From positions 152,485 to 216,484 of the IMG/VR virus record IMGVR_UViG_3300028886_000031: a DNA stretch of 64,000 nucleotides; one strand, written 5' to 3'. Each line of letters begins with the position of its first letter. Position 1 is the first letter of the stretch. Under the pieces are notes generated by a model. It was not told the DNA's origin and did no database searches. It worked only from the letters and a program-made list of their open reading frames with translations. This document shows positions 20,378 through 30,714 of the stretch, in pieces. The stretch is from a virus (taxonomy: Duplodnaviria; Heunggongvirae; Uroviricota; Caudoviricetes). Position numbers and translations under genes: made by a program.

Positions 20378-20863
20378 ATGATTATCAACAAAGTCAAGTT
20401 AGGTGTATCAATAGATGAATTAAAGAAAAGAATAGATGATTTTAAAATAATAGAAGATAATGAACCTGTTTACGGATTGTATGCTTTTATATGGAATGAT
20501 CAAACACAATCTAATCTAAAACGTTTTGGAGTAAGATTCGGTTGTGAAAATTATACAGATTGTGAAGATATGAATGATGAAGATGAACAATTTAGAACTC
20601 CTGGATTCAGAGCTGGTTACGATAGTGTTAATAATATTGCTGTTAGATGGGTAGCAGCAGGTGATGATTCAGATATGCCAGTATGTTTTTGCATATATAT
20701 TAATTCTTTTGATGAATTAGATGTTTATGTTCCATATAATGGAAATGATTATAATAAGAAAGAAAATAGGGCATATTATTATGGTGAGAAAGATAAGTTA
20801 GAATATAATCAAGATGAAATGAGAAATGAATTCTTTACTCATATACAATGTAAAGGAGCATAA
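20378..20863 (+). CDS. Hypothetical protein
   Basis: SD AAAGGAA; acidic; AGDDSDMPVCFCIY...VYVPYNGN motif. Confidence 0.75.
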   Translation: MIINKVKLGVSIDELKKRIDDFKIIEDNEPVYGLYAFIWNDQTQSNLKRFGVRFGCENYTDCEDMNDEDEQFRTPGFRAGYDSVNNIAVRWVAAGDDSDMPVCFCIYINSFDELDVYVPYNGNDYNKKENRAYYYGEKDKLEYNQDEMRNEFFTHIQCKGA

Positions 20864-20865
20864 AA

Positions 20866-21252
20866 ATGGGATACTTGCATTGTGATGGAATGAAATACGG
20901 AATTATTCCAAAAAGGAATATTATAGATTCCATATTGATAAACTTACCAATTATTAATCGTTTATATACAAAAAAAATTGAAATTCATCTTACAAGTAGA
21001 TTAGATTCTGGAGCACCTGTATGTGGTACATTTCGTTCTGTAAGAATATATAGGTGGCAAACTAAATTAATGATTAATTTTATGGTTCCAGAGGTATTTA
21101 CAAATGTCATTTTAAACATATACAATAAGAATATTGTTTATGAACCTAGAGAATGCTATGATAAATGTAGAGAATTAGGAAAAGATCTTGTTTATAAACC
21201 TGGAATAGAATATTCAATGTGTCTAATAGTAAGAGAGCAAATAAAATGGTGA
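20866..21252 (+). CDS. Hypothetical protein
   Basis: SD AAAGGAG. Confidence 0.7.
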   Translation: MGYLHCDGMKYGIIPKRNIIDSILINLPIINRLYTKKIEIHLTSRLDSGAPVCGTFRSVRIYRWQTKLMINFMVPEVFTNVILNIYNKNIVYEPRECYDKCRELGKDLVYKPGIEYSMCLIVREQIKW

Positions 21253-21602
21253 AAATTGAACTTTATCGTTGTAAATGGTTTGAAAGTGATTTTGATGATT
21301 TTGGTAAAACTTATTGGTGCCAAAATACAGATTGTCCAACAAGAGAATGTTGGTGTAATCATGGGCTAGAAAATTCTATGTGTCCATTCTTTGAGAAAAT
21401 GGACATGAAACCAAATATATTTGAATATGATGAAGAAACTGTCGAATATATTCGTAATCAATTTCTTAGTAGAATTAAAGAATATTGTAATGCTGAATAT
21501 AAAGATACAAAAAGACAATTAGAGAGTCTTACTAAATTAGAAAAATCTCTATCTTATACTTTGACAAAAATAGAAGAGGCATTAAATAATGGAAATGAAT
21601 AA
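21246..21602 (+). CDS. Cys-rich N-terminus plus coiled coil
   Basis: ATG 21246; C..WC...C...C.C........CPF pattern, also seen in 24309-24659. Confidence 0.7.
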   Translation: MVKIELYRCKWFESDFDDFGKTYWCQNTDCPTRECWCNHGLENSMCPFFEKMDMKPNIFEYDEETVEYIRNQFLSRIKEYCNAEYKDTKRQLESLTKLEKSLSYTLTKIEEALNNGNE

Positions 21603-21789
21603 TGAATATGAATATCATGTAGGATATGATGATTATAAAACAGAAAATGATGAAATGAAAATCTTCACAGTAATCTGTAATACTTTTGATAGATTAAAAG
21701 ATGCTGAAAAATATAGAAATGAACAACAAAAGAGAATGCCGGATAAAGCCTTGTGGATTCAAATAAAAAGAAAGGAAAAATCATTATGA
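21589..21789 (+). CDS. Small hypothetical protein
   Basis: Operon position; SD GAGG. Confidence 0.6.
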   Translation: MEMNNEYEYHVGYDDYKTENDEMKIFTVICNTFDRLKDAEKYRNEQQKRMPDKALWIQIKRKEKSL

Positions 21790-21950
21790 ACTCATTTGGT
21801 CATTTAATTGTTAGTATATCTAAATCAATTTTAAGAATTGGTTCATGCGTATTTGCCTATGGTATGAATAATGTGAAATATTTAGCAATAGGTTTTCTAG
21901 TTGCTGAAATATTAGGTATAATAGAAGAGCTTGTAGACAAAAGAGAGTGA
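21786..21950 (+). CDS. Small phage membrane protein (54 aa)
   Basis: GH..VSISKSILRI...LVAEILGIIEELV pattern; two hydrophobic helices. Confidence 0.7.
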   Translation: MNSFGHLIVSISKSILRIGSCVFAYGMNNVKYLAIGFLVAEILGIIEELVDKRE

Positions 21951-21995
21951 GGAAAACGATGATGTATGAAAGATGGTGAAATAATAGTTAGAGAT

Positions 21996-22100
21996 GTCAA
22001 CTACCATGCAGCGAAGCTAACATGGCTTGTTTCTAAATCCTAAGATGCTATTGCTAGCATTTTAGAGTCTGAAACGATTGGTTGGTTGACAACAACCTGC
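21996..22100 (-). mobile_element. IS200/IS605-type right end / omegaRNA region of the tnpB element
   Basis: Minus strand AAGCCATG-ttagcttcgctg-CATGG-TAGTTGAC: hairpin plus GGTAGTTGAC end, overlapping the tnpB 3' end. Confidence 0.65.
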
Positions 22101-23194
22101 TCTACAGATCGGTCTTCTTGTTTGATAGTAGAGAGAATTTGTAAATATCTATTTTTAATATTAATAGCAGCATTGTAATCAGCATGAATTTTGAATCCAC
22201 AATGACTGCAATGGTAGTGACTTTTGAATCTAGCTTTCTTGTTTGTAAATCCACATTTTGAACAAGTTTGTGACGTATATGCTGGATTAACCTTGACAAA
22301 GTTTTTACCAAGTGCTTTAGCTTTGTATTCAATAAAGTTCTGTAACTGGAAAAAACTCCAATTACTCAACCATTTATTGACTTTTTTGCTAAAGTGTTTG
22401 GTGTTTCTTACGCCAGACAAATCCTCAACCACAAATGTGTCATAGTCTAGATTCACGAGTCGTTTACTAATAACATGATTCAAGTCTTTGCTGAACCGCA
22501 TCTGCTTTCCTGAAAGGAGTTTTAAATGTCTTTTTGAGGAGGCAGTGCCTTTTGCTTGTAACTTGGATCGTAGATATAGAAATTTCCTTTGATGTTTACG
22601 AAGTTCTTTAGAATTCCATTTGATTTTGGAATTTGAAGTTGTTACTAAATTATGAATACCTAAATCGATACCTAAAATCTTTTTGGGATCCACAGGAACT
22701 GGATCTGGTTTAAAAAATTGTAAATGTAACCAAAAAGTATCCGTTTTCTTGCAATAAGATACGGATGCTGTCTTAAATTTCCAATTTAAAAATACTTCTT
22801 TTCTATCTTTATCTTTCGGTGTTTCGATATAGACTTTTTCTCTTTTATCAAGAGTTGAAAAAGTGAACATGTTCAGACCGTGTCTAGAAATAGTGCAATC
22901 ATTATATCTAACCGTCATGTATTTGGACTTACACTCTGGTCTTTTACATTTAAATTTTCCACATTTAACTGCTTCTAAAGCAACATCACGTGTTGCTTGA
23001 AGTATTGAAGAAGGAATTTTAAATCTATTCTTTAAATCTAAATACAATGCTTTATGTGCTTTATCTTTACTAAAAGTTTGGTTTTTATAAGACCATTCCG
23101 TATGTATATTGAAAATATCATGAACTATTCCCATTAATTCTAAATAACGTTCCTTATTTGAAGGTGTAAATTTAAAATTAATTGTCCTAAACAT
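22040..23194 (-). mobile_element. tnpB: TnpB RNA-guided endonuclease (384 aa), no tnpA nearby
   Basis: RuvC-I LGIDLG, RuvC-II VVEDL, zinc finger TSQTCSKCG...CSHCG, RuvC-III HADYNAAINI; inserted antisense into the operon. Confidence 0.95.
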
Positions 23195-23254
23195 AGTTCA
23201 TAAAAAATTAAAATTTTAGTTTATTCAACTTAAAAACAAGAAAGGAAGAAGTTT

Positions 23255-23644
23255 ATGATCAGAATTAAACCACAACATTTACAAAAAGTAATGGATATGC
23301 TTGCTGATAGTACAAATAAACATCTTAAAGTTCGTGGAACTATAGATAACAATGTTATATTTACATTGGATGATACAAATGATATTATAGATAGAGCTGT
23401 AGGTGGATATCAAAATGGAGTTCCAACTCCAATTACCAAATTGTATTTTATGCACATATTAAATGATATAATATTTATAGGTCTGGAAAGTAATGAAATT
23501 AAAGGTAATGTAATTTATGATATTCTACCTTTTAGATTAAGCGATAAGAAAATTACAATTGATTATATTAATGAAGCGTTAAATGATTATGGTATACAAG
23601 TAGAGAATTATGATCCGTCAATCCAGAAAGGAGAAAAACAATGA
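23255..23644 (+). CDS. Hypothetical protein
   Basis: SD AAAGGAAG. Confidence 0.7.
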   Translation: MIRIKPQHLQKVMDMLADSTNKHLKVRGTIDNNVIFTLDDTNDIIDRAVGGYQNGVPTPITKLYFMHILNDIIFIGLESNEIKGNVIYDILPFRLSDKKITIDYINEALNDYGIQVENYDPSIQKGEKQ

Positions 23645-23819
23645 AAGCAGTTCTAATTGAAGATGAAAATGGACAGATTGTAGCATATACGAGAAGAGGT
23701 ACATTTAGGGATTTTGATCATGCCATAAAGACCCTTGGTGAAATAGATAAAATACCAGAACATGACTGTTGTAAAGTTGGATATGAAAAAGATTTAAAAC
23801 AAAAATCGAAAGAAGACTA

Positions 23820-24026
23820 ATGCAAGATTACTTCTTTATTCTAAATGATCAAGAGTATAAATATTACAGTCAACATTACCATTCAGAATTGTTTAGGGAT
23901 GGTTTAAACTGTTACACAAGTTATAAAGAGGCTAAGGAAGAAATTGATAAACTAAGAAAACTGCACCCAGATGTAAAATTTAAAATATATGTTTTATATA
24001 CAACTATCACAGAAATGGATGAATAA
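23820..24026 (+). CDS. Small hypothetical protein
   Basis: TAATG coupling on both sides. Confidence 0.65.
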   Translation: MQDYFFILNDQEYKYYSQHYHSELFRDGLNCYTSYKEAKEEIDKLRKLHPDVKFKIYVLYTTITEMDE

Positions 24027-24292
24027 TGATTGACAAAATAGTAAATCCATTGGTTAATTTTAAATTGAATATAAGCATGGATGTTGGAATCTTTATCCCA
24101 TTAAAAATTATAGAGAACAAGGTTAAAAGTTTTTGTTACATGCACGATTTAGATGTTAGAGTTTTAAAATCTGGTTTTCTTGTAAAACATGTAGAGTTTA
24201 TAATAACTGGTAAAGTAAAGAAATCCGAATATAGAGAATATAAAGAAGCGTTTGATACTTACTTTAAAAATCTTGAATTACTGTCCGCTTAA
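24026..24292 (+). CDS. Hypothetical protein
   Basis: TAATG coupling. Confidence 0.7.
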   Translation: MIDKIVNPLVNFKLNISMDVGIFIPLKIIENKVKSFCYMHDLDVRVLKSGFLVKHVEFIITGKVKKSEYREYKEAFDTYFKNLELLSA

Positions 24293-24308
24293 AAGAAAGG
24301 AAGAGAAA

Positions 24309-24659
24309 ATGAAAAAGTACCATGATTGTTATTATGTAAGATATAAAACTACAAGAACAAAATGTACGGCATATTGTAAAAATGAAAAATCTGGACGTAA
24401 AGTTTGTAATTGTGACGGGATCATTATAAGAAATGAATGTCCGTATTTCTTAGAAGATAAAGATACAGCATTGACTCCAATGATAGTAACTGAAGATATT
24501 CAGAAAAAGATTTTAAAATATAGATCGAAATTAATTCAAGAAGCTGAGAATTTAAACAGAAAGGTAGATAAATATTTAGATAAAATGAAATGTATTATAT
24601 TAAAATTAAAGGAACCGTTTGATATACAAAAAGGAAAGTCATCATGCCAAAAGAAGTAA
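24309..24659 (+). CDS. Cys-rich N-terminus plus coiled coil
   Basis: ATG 24309 after AAAGGAAG; YC..........CNC........CPYF. Confidence 0.7.
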   Translation: MKKYHDCYYVRYKTTRTKCTAYCKNEKSGRKVCNCDGIIIRNECPYFLEDKDTALTPMIVTEDIQKKILKYRSKLIQEAENLNRKVDKYLDKMKCIILKLKEPFDIQKGKSSCQKK

Positions 24660-24859
24660 AATGGCTAGGAGATAGACATTGTGACTTCTGCCATAAAGAA
24701 TGTAAAGAAGATTTATATGATGCTGTGACAGTATATGGACCTTGGGCAACCATGTGTAAGCATTGTTTTACGAAAAACTCTAATGGTTTACTTGGATTGG
24801 GGTTTGGACAGCATTATGTGAAGAACAATAATAATGAATTTATTAAGGTGGAGGGATAG
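24644..24859 (+). CDS. Small zinc-binding phage protein (71 aa)
   Basis: CDFC...GPWATMCKHC...GLGFGQHY. Confidence 0.75.
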   Translation: MPKEVKWLGDRHCDFCHKECKEDLYDAVTVYGPWATMCKHCFTKNSNGLLGLGFGQHYVKNNNNEFIKVEG

Positions 24860-24860
24860 T

Positions 24861-25199
24861 ATGAGTAAAATCACATACGAATCTCTTAGAAAAGATCTTG
24901 ATGAAATTCTAAATCTAGCTAAACCAATATTAGAACAAAAGAAATTAATAGATGAATTACATAAAAGAATATGTTTTTGGGATCAAGATTATAATCATTG
25001 GTTCAGCAATAATCCAAACATGGAATATTGTATGGGGCATGATTGTACAGAAAATTGTAGAAGAGAAACCTGTCCGGAAGATAGAAAGAAAGCAACTCAA
25101 CTCAGATGGGGTCTTAATTCATTAAATGATATAACCAAATTAATTGGCGAATACGATATGTATGCTTACGGTCGAAAGGAATATAAGTGCGACGAATAA
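24861..25199 (+). CDS. Hypothetical protein with Cys cluster
   Basis: ATG 24861 after GGAGGG; C...C...C....C. Confidence 0.7.
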   Translation: MSKITYESLRKDLDEILNLAKPILEQKKLIDELHKRICFWDQDYNHWFSNNPNMEYCMGHDCTENCRRETCPEDRKKATQLRWGLNSLNDITKLIGEYDMYAYGRKEYKCDE

Positions 25200-25828
25200 T
25201 AGATTATTTCAAAAATCTACTAAATATTAAAATACAAAAAAATCAAGGTGTTCTTATATTAACATCATGTATAACTGGATTCATATTCTGTTACATATCT
25301 GCTAGAATACAAAAAGAAATAGTTTCATCATTACCTGCAGAGTTCCTTTCCATACAATCCCTTTGGTTTTGTATCTCATCATTGCTAATTGGAATAATAT
25401 GGAAAGGAACAACAAGGTTGTTTGCAATTAGATATTTTGCCATACTGGCGTTATCAGAATCTATATTAGCATTTATATTAGGAATGTATCTAACTTTTGT
25501 ATATTATAATCCCTGGATATTTGCAATAGGTACTTTATTGTATCAAAGTGTAATATCCAATTTCGTTTGTAAATGTTTAATGTGTTTTGAATCTAAACTT
25601 TGGCAACAAAGGGAAAGAGAAGATTTTGATAATACAAATAGTGTTATGAGAAATATTGTATGCTGTATTGGTTTTGGATTTGCTGTATTAAATATGCCTT
25701 CATTAAAAATTGCCATCTTCTTATGGGGATGTAGTTGTATAGTGGATGATATAGGTTGGATTATTGTCTACAAGAAAAACAAAGAGTTAATTCTGAAAGG
25801 AGAAAAAAACAATGCTATTTGCGATTAG
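25187..25828 (+). CDS. Multi-pass membrane protein (213 aa)
   Basis: About 5-6 hydrophobic helices; GTG start after AAGGAA. Confidence 0.8.
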   Translation: MRRIIDYFKNLLNIKIQKNQGVLILTSCITGFIFCYISARIQKEIVSSLPAEFLSIQSLWFCISSLLIGIIWKGTTRLFAIRYFAILALSESILAFILGMYLTFVYYNPWIFAIGTLLYQSVISNFVCKCLMCFESKLWQQREREDFDNTNSVMRNIVCCIGFGFAVLNMPSLKIAIFLWGCSCIVDDIGWIIVYKKNKELILKGEKNNAICD

Positions 25829-25953
25829 TCATTGGTGGATACCGCCAATTGTATTCGGAACAATCATTCTTCTAATGTTTATACTTTGTATATTGGCATT
25901 CTTATTATTCTATCTAATTATAAAAATAGAATCTCATCGAAAAGGAATGCGTT

Positions 25954-26748
25954 ATGAGGAGTAAAACAAGGATCAATATAGTATCGGATATACATTATTC
26001 TGATGAAAATGATAATATAGATTTTAGTAAGTTTAACTTTGATGTAGATTGTTTTGTATGTGCTGGTGATCTTGGAGTTAATAGTAGATCATATTATAAA
26101 TGTAAAAATATATTACGGAGTTATTGTGCCGAAAAAAATTGTTATTTTGTACAAACGCAAGGAAACCATGATCTATGGGGAAGCGGTAATTTCTTCACAG
26201 AAGCTGATACAATAACAACAGAAATGCTGAATTCAAGACATGGTATTGCATTTATATCCATGCCATTGTTTACATGCTTAGAAGATATATCTTTCAAACC
26301 GGAAATTCTTGGTGATTTCCAGGAATACCTAAAAGCATATAAATTTGAACTAGATGGTCAGCCAAAATGTCCAGAAAAAATGTTTAACCTAGAATGGAAT
26401 TCTATTTTCTATCAATCAATAGAATGCTTGAATCATAGAATTTCGACATATAGAAATGTAGTTGTAAATGGTGAACATATGTATAAGAAGATTGTTGTCG
26501 TGACACATTACGTTCCTAAAAAAGAGTTAATAAAAAACTCTATTATGTATGGTCACGAACTCAATCCTTATTGGGCTTCAAATGATGTATTTGAGATTCT
26601 AAATAACAAACCAGATATATGGATTCATGGTCATAGCCACGAATTCTGTGATATGGAAATAGATGGAATACGATACATTAGAAATCCTTTACATGATTAC
26701 AATATGAAAATAATTGAAGATGCCTATAACTACATCATAGAGGTTTAG
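25954..26748 (+). CDS. Calcineurin-like metallophosphoesterase
   Basis: SDIH, AGD, GNHD, THY, HGHSH motifs. Confidence 0.9.
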   Translation: MRSKTRINIVSDIHYSDENDNIDFSKFNFDVDCFVCAGDLGVNSRSYYKCKNILRSYCAEKNCYFVQTQGNHDLWGSGNFFTEADTITTEMLNSRHGIAFISMPLFTCLEDISFKPEILGDFQEYLKAYKFELDGQPKCPEKMFNLEWNSIFYQSIECLNHRISTYRNVVVNGEHMYKKIVVVTHYVPKKELIKNSIMYGHELNPYWASNDVFEILNNKPDIWIHGHSHEFCDMEIDGIRYIRNPLHDYNMKIIEDAYNYIIEV

Positions 26749-26762
26749 AAAGGTAAAACAAC

Positions 26763-27263
26763 ATGCTTAGAACAGATTTTGTTAGTAATAGTTCTTCCTC
26801 CTCATTTGTTGTCTCATTAACAAATGAGGAGGTAAAAAATATAGACCGTCCAAGAACAATACTAGAATTTATACTAAGATCCAAAAAGTTTGATTTTTGT
26901 GAATTACATGATCCAGTAGATCTTAGAAAAGATGATAGTAGATTCTACCTATGGAATGGAAAAAGAAGAAAATTTGACGTTAATAAATATGAAGATTACA
27001 TTTGTCCATGGAAATACAATACACAATCTGATTTTATTGCTACAAAAGATTCTATCCATAAATATTTAGAGTGTTGTAAAAATTGTACGGATAAAAAAGA
27101 CTGCTATAATTATCCGAGAATTAAAAAATGTTGTAAAGAAATAGATGAAGGTAAGACTGTCTATTGCTTTGAATTAAGAAGCACTGATCCAATATACATA
27201 GAAGATACAGACTTTGCTGATATTAAAGACCCACATGTTGTCGATGCCGAATCTTCACATTAA
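26763..27263 (+). CDS. SNSSS-motif protein
   Basis: MLRTDFVSNSSSSSF N-terminus. Confidence 0.8.
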   Translation: MLRTDFVSNSSSSSFVVSLTNEEVKNIDRPRTILEFILRSKKFDFCELHDPVDLRKDDSRFYLWNGKRRKFDVNKYEDYICPWKYNTQSDFIATKDSIHKYLECCKNCTDKKDCYNYPRIKKCCKEIDEGKTVYCFELRSTDPIYIEDTDFADIKDPHVVDAESSH

Positions 27264-27287
27264 CATATATAAAAAAAGGAATTAAGA

Positions 27288-27734
27288 ATGAGAAGACTTT
27301 TTATTATACGTAAAGACTTGCATTTAACGGCTGGCAAACTTGCAGCAATGGTTGGACATTGTTGTGAGGCTTATTGGACAAATCTACTTAAAAGATGTTC
27401 TGTTGCTAATCCTGTCGAAGTATTGGAACAGAGTGGAGAATATAGGTTTAAAGTAGATATTAATCAAAGTATATGGCATGAATATGTTTGTGGAATATTT
27501 ACAAAAACAATTTGTGAATGTCCAAATAAAAACCAGTTAATGAAAGCTGTTGATATAGCCAAATCTTTAAATCTTGTTGAACTTCAAGATTATGGATTTA
27601 TAAATGATAGGTGCCTTACAGAACTTACACCAGAAAATCCAGATGGAACAACGACAGTTGGAATCTGGTTTAAACCTTTACCTGACGATATAGCACACAC
27701 AATCAGTAAAAAATTTAAACTTTACAGAGATTGA
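27288..27734 (+). CDS. pth2: Peptidyl-tRNA hydrolase type 2-like protein
   Basis: IIRKDLHLTAGKLAAMVGH, INDRCLTE, TTVGIWFKP...ISKKFKLY match the Pth2 family pattern. Confidence 0.8.
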   Translation: MRRLFIIRKDLHLTAGKLAAMVGHCCEAYWTNLLKRCSVANPVEVLEQSGEYRFKVDINQSIWHEYVCGIFTKTICECPNKNQLMKAVDIAKSLNLVELQDYGFINDRCLTELTPENPDGTTTVGIWFKPLPDDIAHTISKKFKLYRD

Positions 27735-27754
27735 ACAACTCAGGAGGTGTTAAA

Positions 27755-27994
27755 ATGAAAAAGAAAATCCTAAACGTCATAGAGGATGGAAATGAGGATT
27801 TACATATTCTTTTTCAAACAATTATTAATGATGATATAGAGAAATCTGTACGTGAATCTGCAGAGTTTTTGTCAGATATGATTAATATAACTGAAAAAGA
27901 TATTAAAGACATATCTAAAGAACTTAACGTAGGTTCATGCTGGTTTAAAGAAGAATATTTTTTTGATATTACGGAGATTAAAATAGATGGTTAA
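27755..27994 (+). CDS. Acidic hypothetical protein
   Basis: SD AGGAGG, ATG 27755. Confidence 0.7.
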   Translation: MKKKILNVIEDGNEDLHILFQTIINDDIEKSVRESAEFLSDMINITEKDIKDISKELNVGSCWFKEEYFFDITEIKIDG

Positions 27995-28169
27995 GAAATG
28001 TGTAAGGAATTGGTTAAACGGAGATAGAGAGTACAAAATTGTATCTCTACAATATCCTGATTCAAATAAAACTTTTTATTATGTTTACCATTATGAACTT
28101 GGTATTAGTGCAATATTTGAAAATATACACGATGTTCATTACTGGTTAAGCCCTTAAGAAAGGATCACA

Positions 28170-28544
28170 ATGTTTAGAAACGATTTTGTTTCAAATAGTT
28201 CTAGTTGTTCATTCATTATTCACCTAGTGACTACAAAAGATATAGACGAATTTAAAAAAGTGTTTCCTAAACTTGTTGAAAAGAAGTATATTGATATGGA
28301 TCGTCTTTTAGATCCAGATACATTTTTCGAATGTCTTTCTTGTCAAGGCAACAATGGAATAGATTCATTAAAGAGAGGTGATTTTGTTAGATTAAGTTCT
28401 GGTGATGATCATTATCCAGATTATGAACAGAAATATTGGGACATGTGTGAGATTATAGACTCTTGTGGATATAGTTTTAAAATGTATAAAGATAGTTATG
28501 CACATATGACAAGAGGAAAGAGATGGAAAGATAACGATGATTGA
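28170..28544 (+). CDS. SNSSS-motif protein
   Basis: MFRNDFVSNSSSCSF. Confidence 0.8.
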   Translation: MFRNDFVSNSSSCSFIIHLVTTKDIDEFKKVFPKLVEKKYIDMDRLLDPDTFFECLSCQGNNGIDSLKRGDFVRLSSGDDHYPDYEQKYWDMCEIIDSCGYSFKMYKDSYAHMTRGKRWKDNDD

Positions 28545-28616
28545 TGATTTTGAATTACTAGAAACGATATGTAAGAAATTAAATAAACATTTATATGATT
28601 TAGAAAGAAAAAGAAC

Positions 28617-29720
28617 ATGACACTTAACATAATCTCAGACTTACATTGTTCCATGAATGATTTAACAAAGAAAGTTATATGGAACAGATCCGAAGAAGAT
28701 CAACAATACTTTAATACACTTATCAATAAACGATATATAGAGATGTCCAATATTATAAGTGAAATTCGTTCTAAATATGATTCATTAAAAGATATTGAAC
28801 CACAGATAGATAAGAAATCCATGCTATATACATTTAATCCAAAAATTGCTAGCATTAAAAATCTGGATCAATGTATTAAGTTAATGGAAAAAGTACATCT
28901 ATTTTATTCATATCCACGTAAATACTATTATGATGGAATTGTATTTGATATGGATAAAATTGCATTCTTTCTAGATTCCATAAGTTTTCCTTTTGCAAAA
29001 TATAGTTTTCAGAACTTAATGTATAAAGTTCAATCTGAGTTTAGACCAGAGAAACTTAAAAAAGCAGATTATCTTCTTATTGCCGGTGATCTTGGTTTAA
29101 ATGAATCTTATGAAGAAGTTTATAAAGATATAAAGAAGAGAACAAGAAGGAAATTTAAAGATGTTTTCTATATTAAAGGAAACCATGATTACTGGAAATT
29201 TGGAAAAGATAGATATGAAAACATTGATATTGGAAGTAGATTTATAGAAGCTGAACTAGATGAAAATACAATTCTTCTTGGATGTACGTTATGGAGTCCA
29301 ATTCCGGAAAATGAAAAATGGTGTGTTAGAAGAGGAATGAATGATTATAACTATATTCCTTTCTTTACACCCGAAAAATCTACAGAACTTTACAACAGAG
29401 AAAGTAGTTGGCTAAGAGATAGAGTTCGTGCACATTCTGGTAAAAAGATAATTATAATGACACATCATCTACCTAGAGAGGAAATAATAGACGATAGATT
29501 TATGCACAGTGATGTAAATTCAGCTTACTGTGTTATGAACCATAGCTGTGATGATATTAAACCTCTTGTATGGGTTCATGGTCATAGCCACAATTACTCA
29601 GACCATACAATAGATGGAGTTAGATATATTAGAAATCCAATTGGATATCGTGAACATTATGGCTATGTTCCATCTGAGTGTCCAACAACACATTGGTACA
29701 ATACAATAATAGAGGTATGA
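28617..29720 (+). CDS. Calcineurin-like metallophosphoesterase with a large insertion (367 aa)
   Basis: SDLH ... AGDLG, GNHD, THH, HGHSH motifs. Confidence 0.9.
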   Translation: MTLNIISDLHCSMNDLTKKVIWNRSEEDQQYFNTLINKRYIEMSNIISEIRSKYDSLKDIEPQIDKKSMLYTFNPKIASIKNLDQCIKLMEKVHLFYSYPRKYYYDGIVFDMDKIAFFLDSISFPFAKYSFQNLMYKVQSEFRPEKLKKADYLLIAGDLGLNESYEEVYKDIKKRTRRKFKDVFYIKGNHDYWKFGKDRYENIDIGSRFIEAELDENTILLGCTLWSPIPENEKWCVRRGMNDYNYIPFFTPEKSTELYNRESSWLRDRVRAHSGKKIIIMTHHLPREEIIDDRFMHSDVNSAYCVMNHSCDDIKPLVWVHGHSHNYSDHTIDGVRYIRNPIGYREHYGYVPSECPTTHWYNTIIEV

Positions 29721-29722
29721 AT

Positions 29723-29764
29723 AAAAAACGTGTTGTGTTTTCTACTGAATACAACACGTTTTTT
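29723..29764. terminator. Bidirectional terminator
   Basis: AAAAAACGTGTTGT...ACAACACGTTTTTT between convergent genes. Confidence 0.75.
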
Positions 29765-30656
29765 ATTTATTATCAGATAAATATTCTTTTCTTGTCTGCA
29801 TAGAAGGATAATCCATAGATGTTGTCATTCCTTCTTCCTCACTTCTATCAAATGCCTTAATGGCACATTTAGACATCCAATCACCTATTCTATGTCTCAA
29901 AGCAACTTGTTTTCTAACGCTAACAAGTTCATCTAGAGCAGAAATTAACTCTGGACCATATCCAAGTGCCTTAGCAAAAGCATCAGCTTCCAACTCTTGG
30001 TATCTCGTATTTCCAAATCTATCTAGACAATTTAGATAATATAAGAAACAGCTTTCTTTTTCAGGTCTTTTTAAAATCATATTTGGGATGTTTCTAGCAC
30101 AATCTACCCAATGACCAATTTCATGTAAATAAATAGCAAGTCTCTGTTCTGGAGTAGCACTTTGAAGCAAACCATATGTAGCAAAAACAGATATTGGGGT
30201 TGTGACATTCTTAAATAAAACAATTTTTTTGCCTTTTTTCTTAGAATCATTAGATATCTTAAACTTCTTCATGTAGATTAACTGTTGAAGTTGCTGACTC
30301 ATAAGAATAGCCATAAAGCTGTCATTTATACCCCATCCTAAATGTTTTGGATATTGCTTAAAATGTTTTTCTGCCATCTGTCTTATTTGCTTTTCACAAC
30401 CGACATAAAATCCAGGAATAACAAAAGCATTTCTATCAGAGTCAGCGTAAGCATGAACTTTAATATTTAAACCTTTAACAACAGAGTTAATCATTGCTGT
30501 TTCTTTTGGAAGTTCCTTACATGATCCAAAGAAAGTAAAATTCTGTTTTACTTCGTGCCACCAAAGTTTTAAACTAAAAAACCAGGAATTTAGCATTTTA
30601 TCATATTCTGGATACTCTCCATAAGATTCCATTAAGAAACTATATTTCTTTTTCAT
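29763..30656 (-). CDS. M48-like zinc metallopeptidase with YSFLxE leader
   Basis: LHEIGH and ELEADAFA motifs; ends YPSMQTR. Confidence 0.8.
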   Translation of the reverse strand: MKKKYSFLMESYGEYPEYDKMLNSWFFSLKLWWHEVKQNFTFFGSCKELPKETAMINSVVKGLNIKVHAYADSDRNAFVIPGFYVGCEKQIRQMAEKHFKQYPKHLGWGINDSFMAILMSQQLQQLIYMKKFKISNDSKKKGKKIVLFKNVTTPISVFATYGLLQSATPEQRLAIYLHEIGHWVDCARNIPNMILKRPEKESCFLYYLNCLDRFGNTRYQELEADAFAKALGYGPELISALDELVSVRKQVALRHRIGDWMSKCAIKAFDRSEEEGMTTSMDYPSMQTRKEYLSDNK

Positions 30657-30714
30657 ATAAGCTTTTAAAGTTAATAAATTAAAATTTTTTTAATTTATTA
30701 ATTGAATATAATTC

